Of a DNA stretch of 64,000 nt, positions 47,768 through 59,758 are shown piece by piece. Each line of letters starts with the position of its first letter. Position 1 is the first letter of the stretch. The notes beneath the pieces are model-generated. The model saw only the letters and a list, made by a program, of their open reading frames with translations. It searched no databases and had not been told where the DNA came from. The translations under genes were made by a program, and so were the position numbers. The stretch covers positions 3,162,001 through 3,226,000 of the forward strand of contig NC_079239.1 of NCBI RefSeq assembly GCF_027921745.1, given 5' to 3'. The DNA is from Schizosaccharomyces osmophilus (lineage: Eukaryota).

Positions 47768-48544
47768 CTTCTTTTCAATAGTTTTCCGTAACTTCCAAAA
47801 CTTATCTAACTGTTACAAAGTCTCCCGATTATGGGTGTTTGAGCAATGAATCCCTTCGTTTGTATTCTACTTTGTTAATTTTTCTTCCTTTTAATATTAT
47901 TTCTTACGAGGAACGCTAACGCCTTGCTTTTAAAAAAGCCTACGATGTAAGGTGTTGTTGGTAAGGTCAACTGCTGGAAACCAAGGGAAAAGTTAAAGCT
48001 GAGTGACAACTTATTTAACACCTTGAATTCCTGTATTTTATAAGATATGTTATAGTTAACGCTTTTTACTGTTCCTCTAATTTCCATAAGAAAAAATTTT
48101 CAGAAGCCCTTTGGAAAAAATCCTTTTTTTTTTTTGTTGCACTCCTACTGTTGCCTTAGTAGACAGTACTTCTTAACAATTTAATTATTAGCAAAGATCA
48201 TCTTTCAATGTAGCGTTGCAACAGTTTTAGCATTTCTCGAACAGATGTTTGCTGAGAAGTCGCCAATTACCATAAAACTTACCAACCAAGTAAATCGTTC
48301 TTTTCCGGTGTCATACAACAAAAAAGATATCTAATAAGCTGTCACTGAAAGACTTGCATTGTTTCCAACCATCCTTCTGTTGGTGAGGTCCCTTTGACAT
48401 TGTAGGATCGGGACTCAATCTGAAGGATCCATCAAACGTTGTACCAAGATTGGAGATATTATTTCCTTTGAATAAAATAATTTGATTCTCCGTTGAGCTT
48501 GCTGATCCTGAAACCTTGCAGTAATTACACCAGTTCCTACCTTT

Positions 48545-49691
48545 ATGTCGCTTTCTAGACACGTAAAAAAGTGCTGCAACTTTGTCTTGGGAACATCAAT
48601 TCCAGTGCTGGCTCTTTGTTATGCAGATTCAAGTTTGAGAACAGCAATCGCCAAGCTTGCTGAGCAACGCGAATTGCAACTTTTGTATGTGTATAAAAAA
48701 AGGCTTGACTTAAACTAACCCTCTTCGTTCAGATACACTCAAAATTTTGAAAAAGCTCTTTCAGATGGTCAAACTAGTTCATGTTGCGTTTTTGATGCCA
48801 TAGCCAGTGAAATTGAGGAACAGCTTCCTTTAAACTCAATTGTCCAAAACCTCAGGAATTCTCGCTCCAGTGACCAAAATGGGGAAGAGAAGCTCTCATT
48901 GTGGAATGAGCTAAAGTTTCAATCCATTGTGCGACTTTTGACGACTTTATGTGTGATAGCAGAATGCAATACCCTGACCAAGACTTCTTTAACAATCTTG
49001 GGACGCAAAAACTTTTGTCTACATGCTTCCAAAAAATACGGTGCGACTTTTCATGATACATTCAAAAAAGAGTCGGTAGAAGATCCTGCTATTCTCATAG
49101 GGATCGTCTACGTACTGGTAAAAAAACAACTACCCTTTCTGATTGAACGTGTTTCTTCTTCTGTTCATAAACTCTTTGAAAGGTGCGTAAAAAATTATTT
49201 ATACAAAGCAAAGCTGACATATATCTAGTACTTCTCCTACAGACATAATGAAAGCAGATGATATTTTTGCATTATTAGAAGGGGCTGTTAGTGATTTATC
49301 TCTAAATTACGCATTTATATTTTCTCAAGATCGTGAAGGAATCCTTACTGAAATGTCAGAAAAGTATGCTGTCACGGGAGGTCTCTCCAAATTGTTGGAT
49401 GAACTCGAAGATTTTGTGACAGAAACAGATGCAAAAATCATCATTTCAAATCAAACAGAACTGTTGTTATTCCATTTAAAGACTTTTCTTCCTTCTAGCT
49501 CGGAAGAGGGCATTAGATTGGCCAAAATGTTAAGCTTTTTCACGAAGTTTAGTAGCACAATCACTGAACTGCCTATTAGAGAAAGTTTTTTTGAATCTAT
49601 TTCTCATGAATCTGAGGCAAAAACATTTACATCAATTGTCTATTCGAGTTTTGACCAGGAGCTTTTAGCTACTAAAGATTCTACTGTATAA
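48545..49691 (+). CDS. pex3: Peroxin-3, about 350 aa, 3 exons
   Basis: Exons 48545-48684, 48733-49182, 49229-49691. KLSLWNELKFQSIVR (Pex19-binding Trp region), LTILGR, IRLAKML, IVYSSF. Confidence 0.8.
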
Positions 49692-50366
49692 CAGACTATG
49701 TCTCCCTTGCCACAGGTCTAATGGATACCAAGTTTGGGAAGTATCTTCCAAAGTTAGACTTAATGCAACTTTTAATGACTCTACCAAAAGTGTTTCGGTT
49801 TCGGGGTGTACTAGAGTGGACACATACTGGAAAGAACTTAATACGTCTAGTCGAACAGCAGCAGAACATATAGACTTTGCGTGATTTAATAAATATAGAT
49901 AACATGTCCTTTCTAAAGAAATTCCAAGTGTTTTGCATAAGATACCCCAAACCACTGGGAAGTGGCCGTGTGCCTTCCTATGTCGGACCAAGTAATCGTA
50001 ACTCATCAAATGTTTTGCTTCTTCATTTGAACTCATAATGCTAGAAAATGATTTTATCCATAATCCAAGTAAAGCTTTCCCTTGCATGGTCGATACTTTC
50101 TGACCGATCGTACAAATCTGGGTGCTTTCAAAGAATTCCTCTATTTCCTGGTAGTTTTCTGGCTTGTCCCATGTTTCTTTAACCGTTGGCAGGTTTGTGT
50201 ACAGCAATGAGTTCAATGACAATGGCAAAAAGTCAAAAAAAGCACTATTAGTTCTTTGAGGTTGATGCGATAAGTATGACTCGAGACCAAATGAATACGA
50301 AAATGAAGAGAGCGGAAAAGCAGCGTCTGATAAAATTAAAGATAGATGGTTTTCTGAAGTGCTCAT
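49665..50366 (-). CDS. ure6: Urease accessory protein UreF, 233 aa
   Basis: LILSDAAFPLSSFSYSFGLE, S..QGKAL, GHFPVVWG, SAAVRL, HSLLYSRIFSS. Confidence 0.9.
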   Translation of the reverse strand: MSTSENHLSLILSDAAFPLSSFSYSFGLESYLSHQPQRTNSAFFDFLPLSLNSLLYTNLPTVKETWDKPENYQEIEEFFESTQICTIGQKVSTMQGKALLGLWIKSFSSIMSSNEEAKHLMSYDYLVRHRKAHGHFPVVWGILCKTLGISLERTCYLYLLNHAKSICSAAVRLDVLSSFQYVSTLVHPETETLLVESLKVALSLTLEDTSQTWYPLDLWQGRHSLLYSRIFSS

Positions 50367-50630
50367 TGTCAGAACGCGTTTTCAAAGAGTCGAAATTAAA
50401 GTCCTTTTTAAACAAGTCTTAAGACAGAAAGTCAACATAAATTATAATACAGTATTAAAGCAGAATTGGGATTAAAAAGAAGGATGATGGAATTAATTTA
50501 TAGAGATTGGCATAGTTTCACCAAAAAATCTTTTAAAAGAATATCAGTTGCTCGTCTATGATCGGGGTGTTGTATCCATTAATATCATGGACAGTTGTTC
50601 TACAAAGATAGTTGTATTTCTTATTTTTCT

Positions 50631-50653
50631 ACTTATACTTATACTTATACTTA
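50631..50653. repeat. (ACTTAT)n hexanucleotide microsatellite, about 4 copies
   Basis: acttat acttat acttat actta read directly from the sequence. Confidence 0.75.
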
Positions 50654-52687
50654 CATTAATATCTATATAGAGAAAGCAAAAGTTTCCTTTCTACACCATA
50701 CTACAAGTTGCTTGGCACACTAGCAGGAGAATCCATCAATCAGTATATTTAGACTAAACGTCGTAGAAGAAAGCACTCATGGAAAAGGAAACATCCTACC
50801 ATGCATGATTAATATTTATAAAAGTTGTTAAACTTGAAATAAAACGACCAGTGCTACGGGAAATGTTGTAAATTATACTTTTAGTATTCATAGTTATTTA
50901 TGGTAAAATTACTCGCCAAAAAATAAATAGATCTACTTCATGACATTTCGTTCACTCTTCAACTTCGAGTGAGGTATTTAAAAAAATCGCTTTTGTTGGA
51001 AAACACAAGAGAACAAAAAAAGTAGCAAAATAGAGCATACATGAGCGTCGGCGTTCCCATTCACAAGCAACAGAGAGGAAGGCTTCAATAAAACAATTTA
51101 TTTATTGATGAATTCATATACTTGCAATGGTCTAACTCAACTAAGTTTCTTTCCATCCTAGGGTATCCCAAATATATATCCCTCCTTTAGCTGAAGTCTG
51201 CTCTTCATACTTCAGCTAAAGATTGCATCAATAAAGTATGCTCTTCATTCTTTATGGACTTATCCATAATTACATAAAAGACCGACTAATCTCATGAAAC
51301 TAACATTGAATTTGGACAAGAACAAGAAAAAACAAAAAAGGGCCTTAGAAAGTAATCAATTTTCCAATTTTGCATATGTCTCTCGTTATGATTACAATAC
51401 AATATGCATCATTCGATTCGTCTATTAAACCAACCTTTCTATACATTTACATTTACAAATGCAAAATTCTTATCATCAAAGAGGCCTTGAAATTGATCGC
51501 AACGACCAGCGTTCATTTATAGATACGTAGTCTCCATCCGGTATATAAAATCTCTCTATACTTAAAAATATTAACAAAATCCATTTGAAGCAACCAAGTT
51601 TTATAGATCTTCATGAAAAAAAGTAGAGGATTACACCTCATTAGACCATTTGAGTCTTCAATTGTTTCTTCTCTAAGAATTGATACTCATGATCTTAGTT
51701 TCGAGGGCGCATTCCAACGTAATCGGTCAATATGATTCTATATCTGTTATAACTTGTAAGTTGACGAAATATTAATTAAAATAAGATGAAAGCCAATCGA
51801 AAAGTTATCCCGTGATGGTAATGCATAGATAGATGTAGCACATACATCCTATTATAGACTGCAGCGATAGAAAATGAAAAATCCCGAGGTTCAAAATCCA
51901 AAACCATCAAGCTTGACAGAGATCATCAAATGAAAGGCGGATTATTCTCTTAATAATTCGCTACCTAATGAGAAAGATAAACATCGTAAAAAAAAATGCA
52001 CCCGGCTGTGAATTATTAGACGAACAAAACACGGCAAGCTCAACTTGCCGAGACAAAATAAACACTATACATCAATCATTTCATTCTCTTTAATAGAATC
52101 ATACCAATGCATTCATAGGCATCCTTTTTAACTATTTCCTATTGGAAAGGATCCTCTAACTTAGTCAACAGCGTAGCTAAATTGTAGCTTCAAGCAAGTA
52201 GCAATCGAACTGTATTGAGAAATTAAAGTTAATTACAAGAGAGTTGAAGGCGCTTATTTTAATGATTGGACTGACATCATGCTGAGCATATTCGTAAAGT
52301 GGAATCTTCTCCACAAGAGGCTAGTAAATTTGTAGCCAACATAAATAAAATTGTTGAATTTTAGAATAGAAAATGATTAACATTTTCTATGAACAATTTT
52401 CGGTGAATGCTTTGCCATACGTAGTTTCCTCCAACAAATGATGATTCGCTTTAGTATATACAAGTGTACTAGTAATCCTAGAGTGCCACAAAAATGCAAC
52501 AGATGACGATTGAGGTGATTTCGAAAAAATCATTCTTTCAAGAAATTCCTCATCTTTAAAGAGATTCCGAGAACTTATGTAGGCATGATGTTGGCCACAT
52601 CAGACATAAATACAGGTGTATGCCAAAACGAAATGGCATCTCAAGAATTTATACCTCCATTGATACGTGATATATATATAACAAGTA

Positions 52688-53095
52688 ATGGATCGATTCA
52701 CTTCTAACGAAGAATCTCGTATTGGAAAACGAGGGTCCTTATATAGCAGCCGGTCTGGATCAAGACTTAACGATTTCAATGAGTATCTCAACGAATTCCC
52801 AGAAGCTGGACCTCTAACTGAAGACGAAGAATACCAAACACTTAGTAAAAAAGAATCCTTGACCGATGAAGTCGGCGACGACTCTTCCCTTTCATCAAAG
52901 AAAAACTCTGGTGACCGCGGACGAGTACGTCTTATGTCATTCGACGCATTGGGAAGCATCTTTTCATCGAATCCTAAAAGAAAACAGACCCTATCAGGTG
53001 GGTCTACAGAAAACGCAGAGAAAAAAGATAGAGAGGAGGCTTCCAGAGATCGAAGCAACGATCGTGACATAAGTTTGCTAGGTAGTATATTCTAA
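52688..53095 (+). CDS. mug108: Small Schizosaccharomyces-specific protein Mug108, 135 aa
   Basis: ORF MDRFTS..RGRVRLMSFDAL..NDRDISLLGSIF resembles recalled S. pombe Mug108. Syntenic between ure6 and rga3. Confidence 0.75.
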   Translation: MDRFTSNEESRIGKRGSLYSSRSGSRLNDFNEYLNEFPEAGPLTEDEEYQTLSKKESLTDEVGDDSSLSSKKNSGDRGRVRLMSFDALGSIFSSNPKRKQTLSGGSTENAEKKDREEASRDRSNDRDISLLGSIF

Positions 53096-53357
53096 AATGA
53101 AAACATAATTGTTATGTGACGAAAAAAACTGACCAATGCAGATTATCTTTAATATCAATATCATCAAGAAACACCATGCAAAAAGTTGGTACCTAAAGGA
53201 ATTCATACGTTATTTTGCCAATTATGAACTCATTATCTTATAAATTAAAATCATATATCCTTTTTCCTTAAAATCTTTTCTTTTTTTTAACTGCAAAACA
53301 AACTTTAGTAAACCCTTCGTTCTACCGCAGTCATAGTTATGCATGACGCTCATTAGA

Positions 53358-56174
53358 TTAAGGGTCAGTAAAAAACTTTTCATAATTCTCCAATACGTAT
53401 TGCAGAATTCCGGTTCGCTTATTCACGTTTTTCAAATTAAGATGCATATCTGTTTCTCTCATGAGAGTTGGAGCGAAAACGGTAGCAAGATTTTTCCTAG
53501 TCATTAAATTCTTGTCTGCATTGTCAGCGACTCGCAAAAGGTGCTGAAGCAAATATCGAAAGATGCTAATGTGTTCAGCGGGAAGCTCTTGCAAAACCTG
53601 TTGAACCATTTCTGCCTTCGCAAAGTCATCATCAAGCTCCTCAGCGTTCAGTAGCTTCCTATAATGTTCATCTGGAATTGTTGGTGTTGGGAGCTTATGT
53701 AGATAAGTTTTTAGAACAGAGGTACAAGCAGTAATGTCAGAAGCTAAGCTTTCCACTTGTATGCTGTTTTGTTCAAACATATCAATGAACGCACGAATTT
53801 GGGAGGCGCTTCCGGATATGCGATATATACCCTCAATATGTAACCCGTGAGCATCGACACATTCTGCACATATCTGGACAACTTTAGGAACAAACTGCTT
53901 ATCAATCTTTGCTTGAACCTCTAAAGATCTACCGAACATTGAAGGAGAAGGCTCGGGAGGTGGTAGTCTGCTTGGCATTTCTGGAACGTTAGCATTATTA
54001 TTCTCTGTCTCGTCATCCGAAAAAAACTTTAGCTCCTCATTCCCCGAGTACAATTTTTTTAAACAACGTGAATGGCAAGCTACAGAACATTTCGTACAGC
54101 GCACTTCCGAGCCCCATATCGTCTCCGAACATATAAAGCAGCGAGATGGTTTGAAGATTGCATTAACCTGAAAGACATGTTGGCATACTGGCTTTTCGTC
54201 TACCATAACCGGATCAGCAGATTTAGATTTTGCATGAAATGATTTGAAATGACTTTTTCGATTGCTAGCTTTTCCAGAATTCAGCAGTTTTAATCCACGT
54301 AGTTCAAGTTTATTATTATAATTCGCTTGTAAAGGAGAAGTTGAGGGCTGGTAAGAATCCTGATTATCAATTCCGGAATCAGAAGAAAGAGGCTTTAAGG
54401 ATTTTGTGTCTAAGAATAATTTATTTGGCTCAGACTGGTTTTGGGGTGCGTCCCGTTTTTGGTGTATTTGTTTAGCCAGGTTATTATTCAAGTCAGCCAG
54501 TTCAAGGTTTTTGAAATTTAAGTGAACTGAGGCCTCTAATGATTCGTTAAGCAATTTTTGGGCATTAGAATAGTCCTGAAGGAGCTCACTTCGTCGCTCT
54601 AACAAATTCGAAAGTTCTTGTGAGAAATTATCACGTAACATGTTCATATAAGCATTCGCTGCGGCTACTAAGCTCTGATGGAGAGGGTCCTTTAATATAG
54701 GGTCATCGGCAACATCAGCAAAGGAAAAAAACTTTTCACATACGTCCAATTTTTGCATACGCAATGCATCCTTATTTTCAGTCAAATACAATGAACTTTC
54801 AGATCCAGAAGCATTAGACCTTGACGAGATGGATTCCGTTAAGTGAGTGAGTTTGTTAATTTGTAATTTTAAAGCTTCCATATCGATCTTGTAACTTTCA
54901 AAAAGACTGGAAGAATCGGAAGAAGGAGTATTACTATTACTTGTAGACGCTTTCGTCTCTGATGGAAGATTAAAAGGGGAAACGAGAGTGGGTAGCGATG
55001 AGCCAGAGCGAACATGAAGGGGCCCATTAGAATTTTTTCGTTCATCATTATCTGTAGGGATTGTCTCAGGGGAGGAGGCAAAATGGGGGAGTCCGTAAAC
55101 GTTTGAAGGTTGGGAAGATGACTTGCGGTGAACTTGCGACTTTGGGCTCAAAGTCCGATAAACATTAGGATAATCGTGAGGAGATAAAAATGACTGATGA
55201 CGAGAATCGCTCTTTGATTCATGAAAAGAATGTATGTTATGATTAGAATGAGATTTGTTAAGACGCGCAGTAAAGAAAGGTTGTTTTTGATGTGGGGCAA
55301 AGCCAAAGTCATTCATATAATCGTCAGTAAAAGGCTTTCTGCTAGATGAGGAAATGGTTTTGAAAGGAGAGGAGGCTTTCCTTTCCAAAGGATTATGGGG
55401 AGTAAGAGTTCGGTCGTTCGTGCTTACGGAGGGTCTGTGGAAAGGAGAAATGAATGGAGAAGGAGTCTCTAGATGAATGTCATCTTTTTTAGGCGGACTA
55501 AAGCTATTAAAAGAGGTTAGACTTCGATTTTTCTTGGTAAAAAAAGAGTCAACAGACTGAAAGGCTGGTTCGGTAGGAATGGTTTGGTGAATATGAAATG
55601 AAGGCTCACTATTGCCAGTAGATGCATGCTCGCTGGATCCATTTTCGGACACAAAGGACCCTGCCCTAAAAGGAGATGCCCTTTCGGGGATTGAGGAGTG
55701 ATTCGACTCGTGCGAAGACGTTTTTTCGAGACTTTGTGTTTTTATAGTACGTGAAGCCGAATTTTCCATTGTAGAAGACATAAACGAACGGTTTTGACTG
55801 CAGTCACCGCAATATACAGTTCGACCGTCTTTCACAAACTCTGAGTTATTAAAAACTTTCTTGCAATTCGAGCACCGAAAACAGTCGCGATGATACGAGT
55901 CGAACCCATTCATAAGAGCATAATCCTGAATCGTTTTTTGACAAACTGTGCAGGTGTGTGAGCAATCACTACAAACAGGTTTTCCATCGGATGTTTGTAT
56001 CAGCAATTGATTACTTTGCTCCAAATTATTCAAGCATTTTGCACATGTAAAACAACTACTGTGCCAAAGTCTCCCTCCGAACGAAATCGGTGTTTCTTTT
56101 CGCTGGAAATCACGTTCACAACGAGTACAGTAATTACCATTTTTTCCTAACGATGGAAATTTCCTAAACCCCAT
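53358..56174 (-). CDS. rga3: RhoGAP Rga3 (2 LIM, coiled coil, C1, RhoGAP), 938 aa
   Basis: N-terminal LIM Cys/His pattern; C1 domain HVF..CFIC..CTKC..HSRC; GAP motifs EGIYRISG and NLMTRKNLATVFAPTL. Confidence 0.9.
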   Translation of the reverse strand: MGFRKFPSLGKNGNYCTRCERDFQRKETPISFGGRLWHSSCFTCAKCLNNLEQSNQLLIQTSDGKPVCSDCSHTCTVCQKTIQDYALMNGFDSYHRDCFRCSNCKKVFNNSEFVKDGRTVYCGDCSQNRSFMSSTMENSASRTIKTQSLEKTSSHESNHSSIPERASPFRAGSFVSENGSSEHASTGNSEPSFHIHQTIPTEPAFQSVDSFFTKKNRSLTSFNSFSPPKKDDIHLETPSPFISPFHRPSVSTNDRTLTPHNPLERKASSPFKTISSSSRKPFTDDYMNDFGFAPHQKQPFFTARLNKSHSNHNIHSFHESKSDSRHQSFLSPHDYPNVYRTLSPKSQVHRKSSSQPSNVYGLPHFASSPETIPTDNDERKNSNGPLHVRSGSSLPTLVSPFNLPSETKASTSNSNTPSSDSSSLFESYKIDMEALKLQINKLTHLTESISSRSNASGSESSLYLTENKDALRMQKLDVCEKFFSFADVADDPILKDPLHQSLVAAANAYMNMLRDNFSQELSNLLERRSELLQDYSNAQKLLNESLEASVHLNFKNLELADLNNNLAKQIHQKRDAPQNQSEPNKLFLDTKSLKPLSSDSGIDNQDSYQPSTSPLQANYNNKLELRGLKLLNSGKASNRKSHFKSFHAKSKSADPVMVDEKPVCQHVFQVNAIFKPSRCFICSETIWGSEVRCTKCSVACHSRCLKKLYSGNEELKFFSDDETENNNANVPEMPSRLPPPEPSPSMFGRSLEVQAKIDKQFVPKVVQICAECVDAHGLHIEGIYRISGSASQIRAFIDMFEQNSIQVESLASDITACTSVLKTYLHKLPTPTIPDEHYRKLLNAEELDDDFAKAEMVQQVLQELPAEHISIFRYLLQHLLRVADNADKNLMTRKNLATVFAPTLMRETDMHLNLKNVNKRTGILQYVLENYEKFFTDP

Positions 56175-56820
56175 CTTCCTATTCTTTTTTCAAGACTTAT
56201 TAAGGAACAACAAACTTCATGAAACGATAGAAAATTAGAAAACTACTATAAGCAACTAGAAGACGCGGATAAAACTATTCGTGTTTCAGGTTTCCATTGA
56301 TATTGCAAGAATTACAATATCTACCGAGGTATACTCGCAAACAATCAATTAATGATGGTGGGTGTAGTTAGTAAATTCACTCATATCATGAATCCTGCTT
56401 AAACACATGCTGGTCTTATGACATTATGCTCTATCATAGCATACCTTACAGTGTCGTATAGCTCGCTATTTTAAGCTTATTACTTTACGAAAATGGCAGG
56501 CTAAATATAGTAGTGAACAAAACTAAATAATATAGCTAAAAAGACTTTGAACAATAAGAACATTTGATTTTAAAGGGAGAACAAGGAATGTTGCTGCGTC
56601 TGAGCAGAAAGAGCGACGTTGTTTGATGTAAGCGGAAACCAAAAAACACACAAAAGAAAATAAACGAAATCCAGAATGTATTTAAAAAGGGACCAAAAAA
56701 AGTGCATGGAGGGATTCCAATATATGTATATTAACAGGTAGGAAAAATAAGTGATTCAAGAAAAAGATATGTTTTAAAAAAATGGATGTAAAGTAGAGAG
56801 CATTTGCCAAAAAGGTTTCT

Positions 56821-58536
56821 TTATAACTCAGGCCCCTCTTCGTTAGCTTCATCAGACTCAATTGAATTGGGGAAAGAATATTCCCAAGAAGACACCGGCT
56901 GAGCTAACAATTCGTGAGGATCCATCCGTTCCTGAAGGGCATCCAAGTCATAAGATATTAAACCAACATACTGCTTTTGCAAACGTTCAGAAGGATGATC
57001 CTCAGGGTTGGAGTCGATCAGCATAGGATCTTTATAGTAGTAGCAAATTGGCTGAATATCATCGTCAGAACCAGATTCCTCATCTACAGTATGTGAGCTG
57101 CGCGGATAGTCAACCGATGTATCATGATGGGTATAATCGCTTAAACTCAACTTGCTCACAAGTTCTTTTTGAGCAACTAATTCAAGCAAAGCGACCTGTT
57201 CACATTCTTCACTTAATGATTCGGTTTCTTTACACACCACACGGTCAATCAATAACTTTTCGTATGCCCTTGACTGCACCATATCATACGAATTGATATC
57301 GTCTTCTTCTTCGTCTTCCTCAACTGGACTGTCATCGCTCTCAGGCATAGTTGTGTGGCTCTCCACATTTACAGAGGTATCATCCACAGAGTCAGAACTT
57401 GCTTCAGGAGGAGTGGGAGGCACCACTGACTCCAAGTCAAGCAAGGGAGAGTCTTTGCTATTGGAAGACAACACTTCTTCCGAATCTATGTCATTTTTTT
57501 TCCTTAACCGTGCTCTTCCTTGTCGATGGCGAAGGAAGTCTTCATCTTTGCTCAGAATTTCAATGAATGTTTGTGGCTTCAGCCTTTTGTTCTGTTTTAA
57601 AACCCTCAGCTTTTGACGAAAAGGAAGATACTTCCAAAATCCAGGAATGTTGAAACGATCAAAACGAGATAATCTTGTTGACAGCTCTACATCTCGGTAA
57701 CGTATAGATGCCTGTCGGTGAAACACAGCGCTTGACTCCAGTTTTCCGAATCGCAGCTCAGCCAGAAAAGCTGAATTTAAAACCAATTCTTTTGTCTTTT
57801 GCTTCACTATTTTTAAAAGATCATCTAAAAGCGAGGAAGTTAAGAAACTTTCTGTTTTCTCTTCATTGTCCAGCCCAGACGTTTCATTATAGTACAATTG
57901 AGAGCATAGTTTTTCCATCAAAGGAACGTTAAACAAGTCTTGTGGCTTCAGCGGCTCATTATCAGAGTTTTCACCACTTGCTTCCACATTCACAGAGGAT
58001 TCCTTTTCCCCGTCCTCAGAGGCTATTTTATTCGAAGCGTCGATAAGTCGTTGAGAGCAAGCTTCCTCCCAGTCAATCCATTCAAAACTCATTTCCCAAG
58101 CAGCAGGAATGTCCTCGTACTTGATCAAACATTGACTCCGAACAGAAGAATCAACATGGTTTCTCAGCCAGCGTAATTCGGTGTCCAACGCGTCAATGTA
58201 ATGCTGAACATGCGAAGGGCTTTTGCTACCAATCATCGAAGATACTCTATCTATATTTTTCTTTCCACATCTCGCAAGTCCATGAAAAAAACCCTGTTTT
58301 TCATCCGAAGTCCAAAAAGTATTACCTACAAAAGATCCTTCTAAATTCCCCCATTCGGCTTCCTCCGAATTTGTTACGTCTTTTTTATTTACTTCATTGA
58401 AATATTTTTGTAAAACGTCCAGGTACCGCTCATATTGTTTCACGTAAAGGGACCTGCCTCTATCTCGCCCGCGAGTTTTTCTAGAATCACGACGATGCGA
58501 TACTGCGTGGCTCAGTTTTTTCAATGGTGAAGACAT
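56821..58536 (-). CDS. rrn5: RNA polymerase I UAF subunit Rrn5, 571 aa
   Basis: SANT/Myb-like WTSDEKQGFFHGLARCG..IGSKS; IPAAWEMSFEWIDWEE. Confidence 0.85.
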   Translation of the reverse strand: MSSPLKKLSHAVSHRRDSRKTRGRDRGRSLYVKQYERYLDVLQKYFNEVNKKDVTNSEEAEWGNLEGSFVGNTFWTSDEKQGFFHGLARCGKKNIDRVSSMIGSKSPSHVQHYIDALDTELRWLRNHVDSSVRSQCLIKYEDIPAAWEMSFEWIDWEEACSQRLIDASNKIASEDGEKESSVNVEASGENSDNEPLKPQDLFNVPLMEKLCSQLYYNETSGLDNEEKTESFLTSSLLDDLLKIVKQKTKELVLNSAFLAELRFGKLESSAVFHRQASIRYRDVELSTRLSRFDRFNIPGFWKYLPFRQKLRVLKQNKRLKPQTFIEILSKDEDFLRHRQGRARLRKKNDIDSEEVLSSNSKDSPLLDLESVVPPTPPEASSDSVDDTSVNVESHTTMPESDDSPVEEDEEEDDINSYDMVQSRAYEKLLIDRVVCKETESLSEECEQVALLELVAQKELVSKLSLSDYTHHDTSVDYPRSSHTVDEESGSDDDIQPICYYYKDPMLIDSNPEDHPSERLQKQYVGLISYDLDALQERMDPHELLAQPVSSWEYSFPNSIESDEANEEGPEL

Positions 58537-58719
58537 GCTCTATTGCAGAGTCATGATCGAAGAACTTGGATGCTTATTGATCCAGCAAAGCTAAATCCTC
58601 AAGTTAAGAAGGTTATGTGGTTGCCAAGTTGTTATACCAACAGGGAAGGGTGAGACTTTTTAGAGAGGGTAAATGTAAATGCCAAGAAAGGTTGCAGGGA
58701 TTGTATAAGAAAACAGAAG

Positions 58720-58745
58720 AAAAAAAAAAAAAAAAAAAAAAAAAA
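58720..58745. repeat. Poly(dA:dT) tract, A26
   Basis: 26 consecutive A about 185 nt upstream of the rrn5 ATG. Confidence 0.9.
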
Positions 58746-59009
58746 TTCAGGTGAAGATTTGGAGGGTTGACAGAGATGAATTTTTGAAAGCTGCTCAATG
58801 AATTGATCCTGTTATGCTTCATTTATAAATAAAAATAACAATATTATATAAAAGATAACTACGAAATTTGCTTTTGGTTTACTAAGATGCATGAGAATGT
58901 TTCCATGTTCCATCCACACAAGTATTGCTTCTTCTATATTAACATAAGTACCCAACTAAAAAGAATGCTTAAATACCAGAATGATTTGTTCCCTAGAATA
59001 CCAAGTACA

Positions 59010-59758
59010 TTAATGACGATGACGGACGGCATGTTTTAGCTTTTGGATTTTGGATTTTCGCTGATTCAACTTCCTTTCTTCTTTGGACTCATAACGAAAC
59101 CTATTTTGCTTTTGCTTTTGCTTTTGTTTGTGAGGACGAATTGGCACACTTGGCGGAGGATCAGTTTGTGGAGTATGAAGTCCATCCGCCAGCTCCTCTT
59201 CATTTGGACTCTGATCCCCGTCATCTTCTAGAATAGTAACTGAAACGTGCTTGTCTTCATCTTCATATTCACGAGTTTGTGGTTCATCGTCGTCTTCTAT
59301 TACCACTTTATCTTCAGCTTCATCACCATCTGAACTTTCGTCCTCGGAGCTAGATTTATCTGCTGCTCCTAGTAATTCTCTGGAAGCTTGAATTCTCTCT
59401 TGAAGTTGCTGTTTTCTCTGTTGTCGGACCTAAAAGAAAACCACAGGTTAATAAATATTCGCATGAAATTGAGTCAGAAGCAAGTTCTTCGTCTTACCAA
59501 TTTTCGCATTTCACGCTTGTCTTCTTGTTGTTGCTTTTCAGCGACAGCTTGAGCATGTTTTTGACGCTCTACTTTTCGCTTGTGAAACCCAGTTAAATAT
59601 TCCCTAGTGCGCATTAGTTGACACTCAATGCTTAAATAATGTCTAATAACTTACTGTCTTTGTTCCTTGTCGAAAACAATTTCTTCCTGGCGTTGCTTAC
59701 GTCCGCGTTTTTTATTGTAGACATTATCACCACGCGTCAACAAAGCCGTATTATCCAT
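59010..59758 (-). CDS. rrp17: rRNA-processing protein Rrp17 (NOL12 family), 209 aa, 3 exons
   Basis: Exons 59758-59655, 59603-59498, 59429-59010. Splicing restores [18 protein letters not shown]-terminal [10 protein letters not shown]. Confidence 0.88.

Noticed and set aside
50400..52687. Possible LTR, 5S rDNA/wtf locus or DSR-rich lncRNA in the long spacer
   Set aside because: No TG..CA bounded repeat, no 5S or tRNA sequence (GCCATACGTAG near 52414 is too short a match), and only scattered TTAAAC hexamers.
59105..59128. (TTTTGC)n repeat
   Set aside because: Explained as the KQKQKQKQ low-complexity tract inside rrp17.
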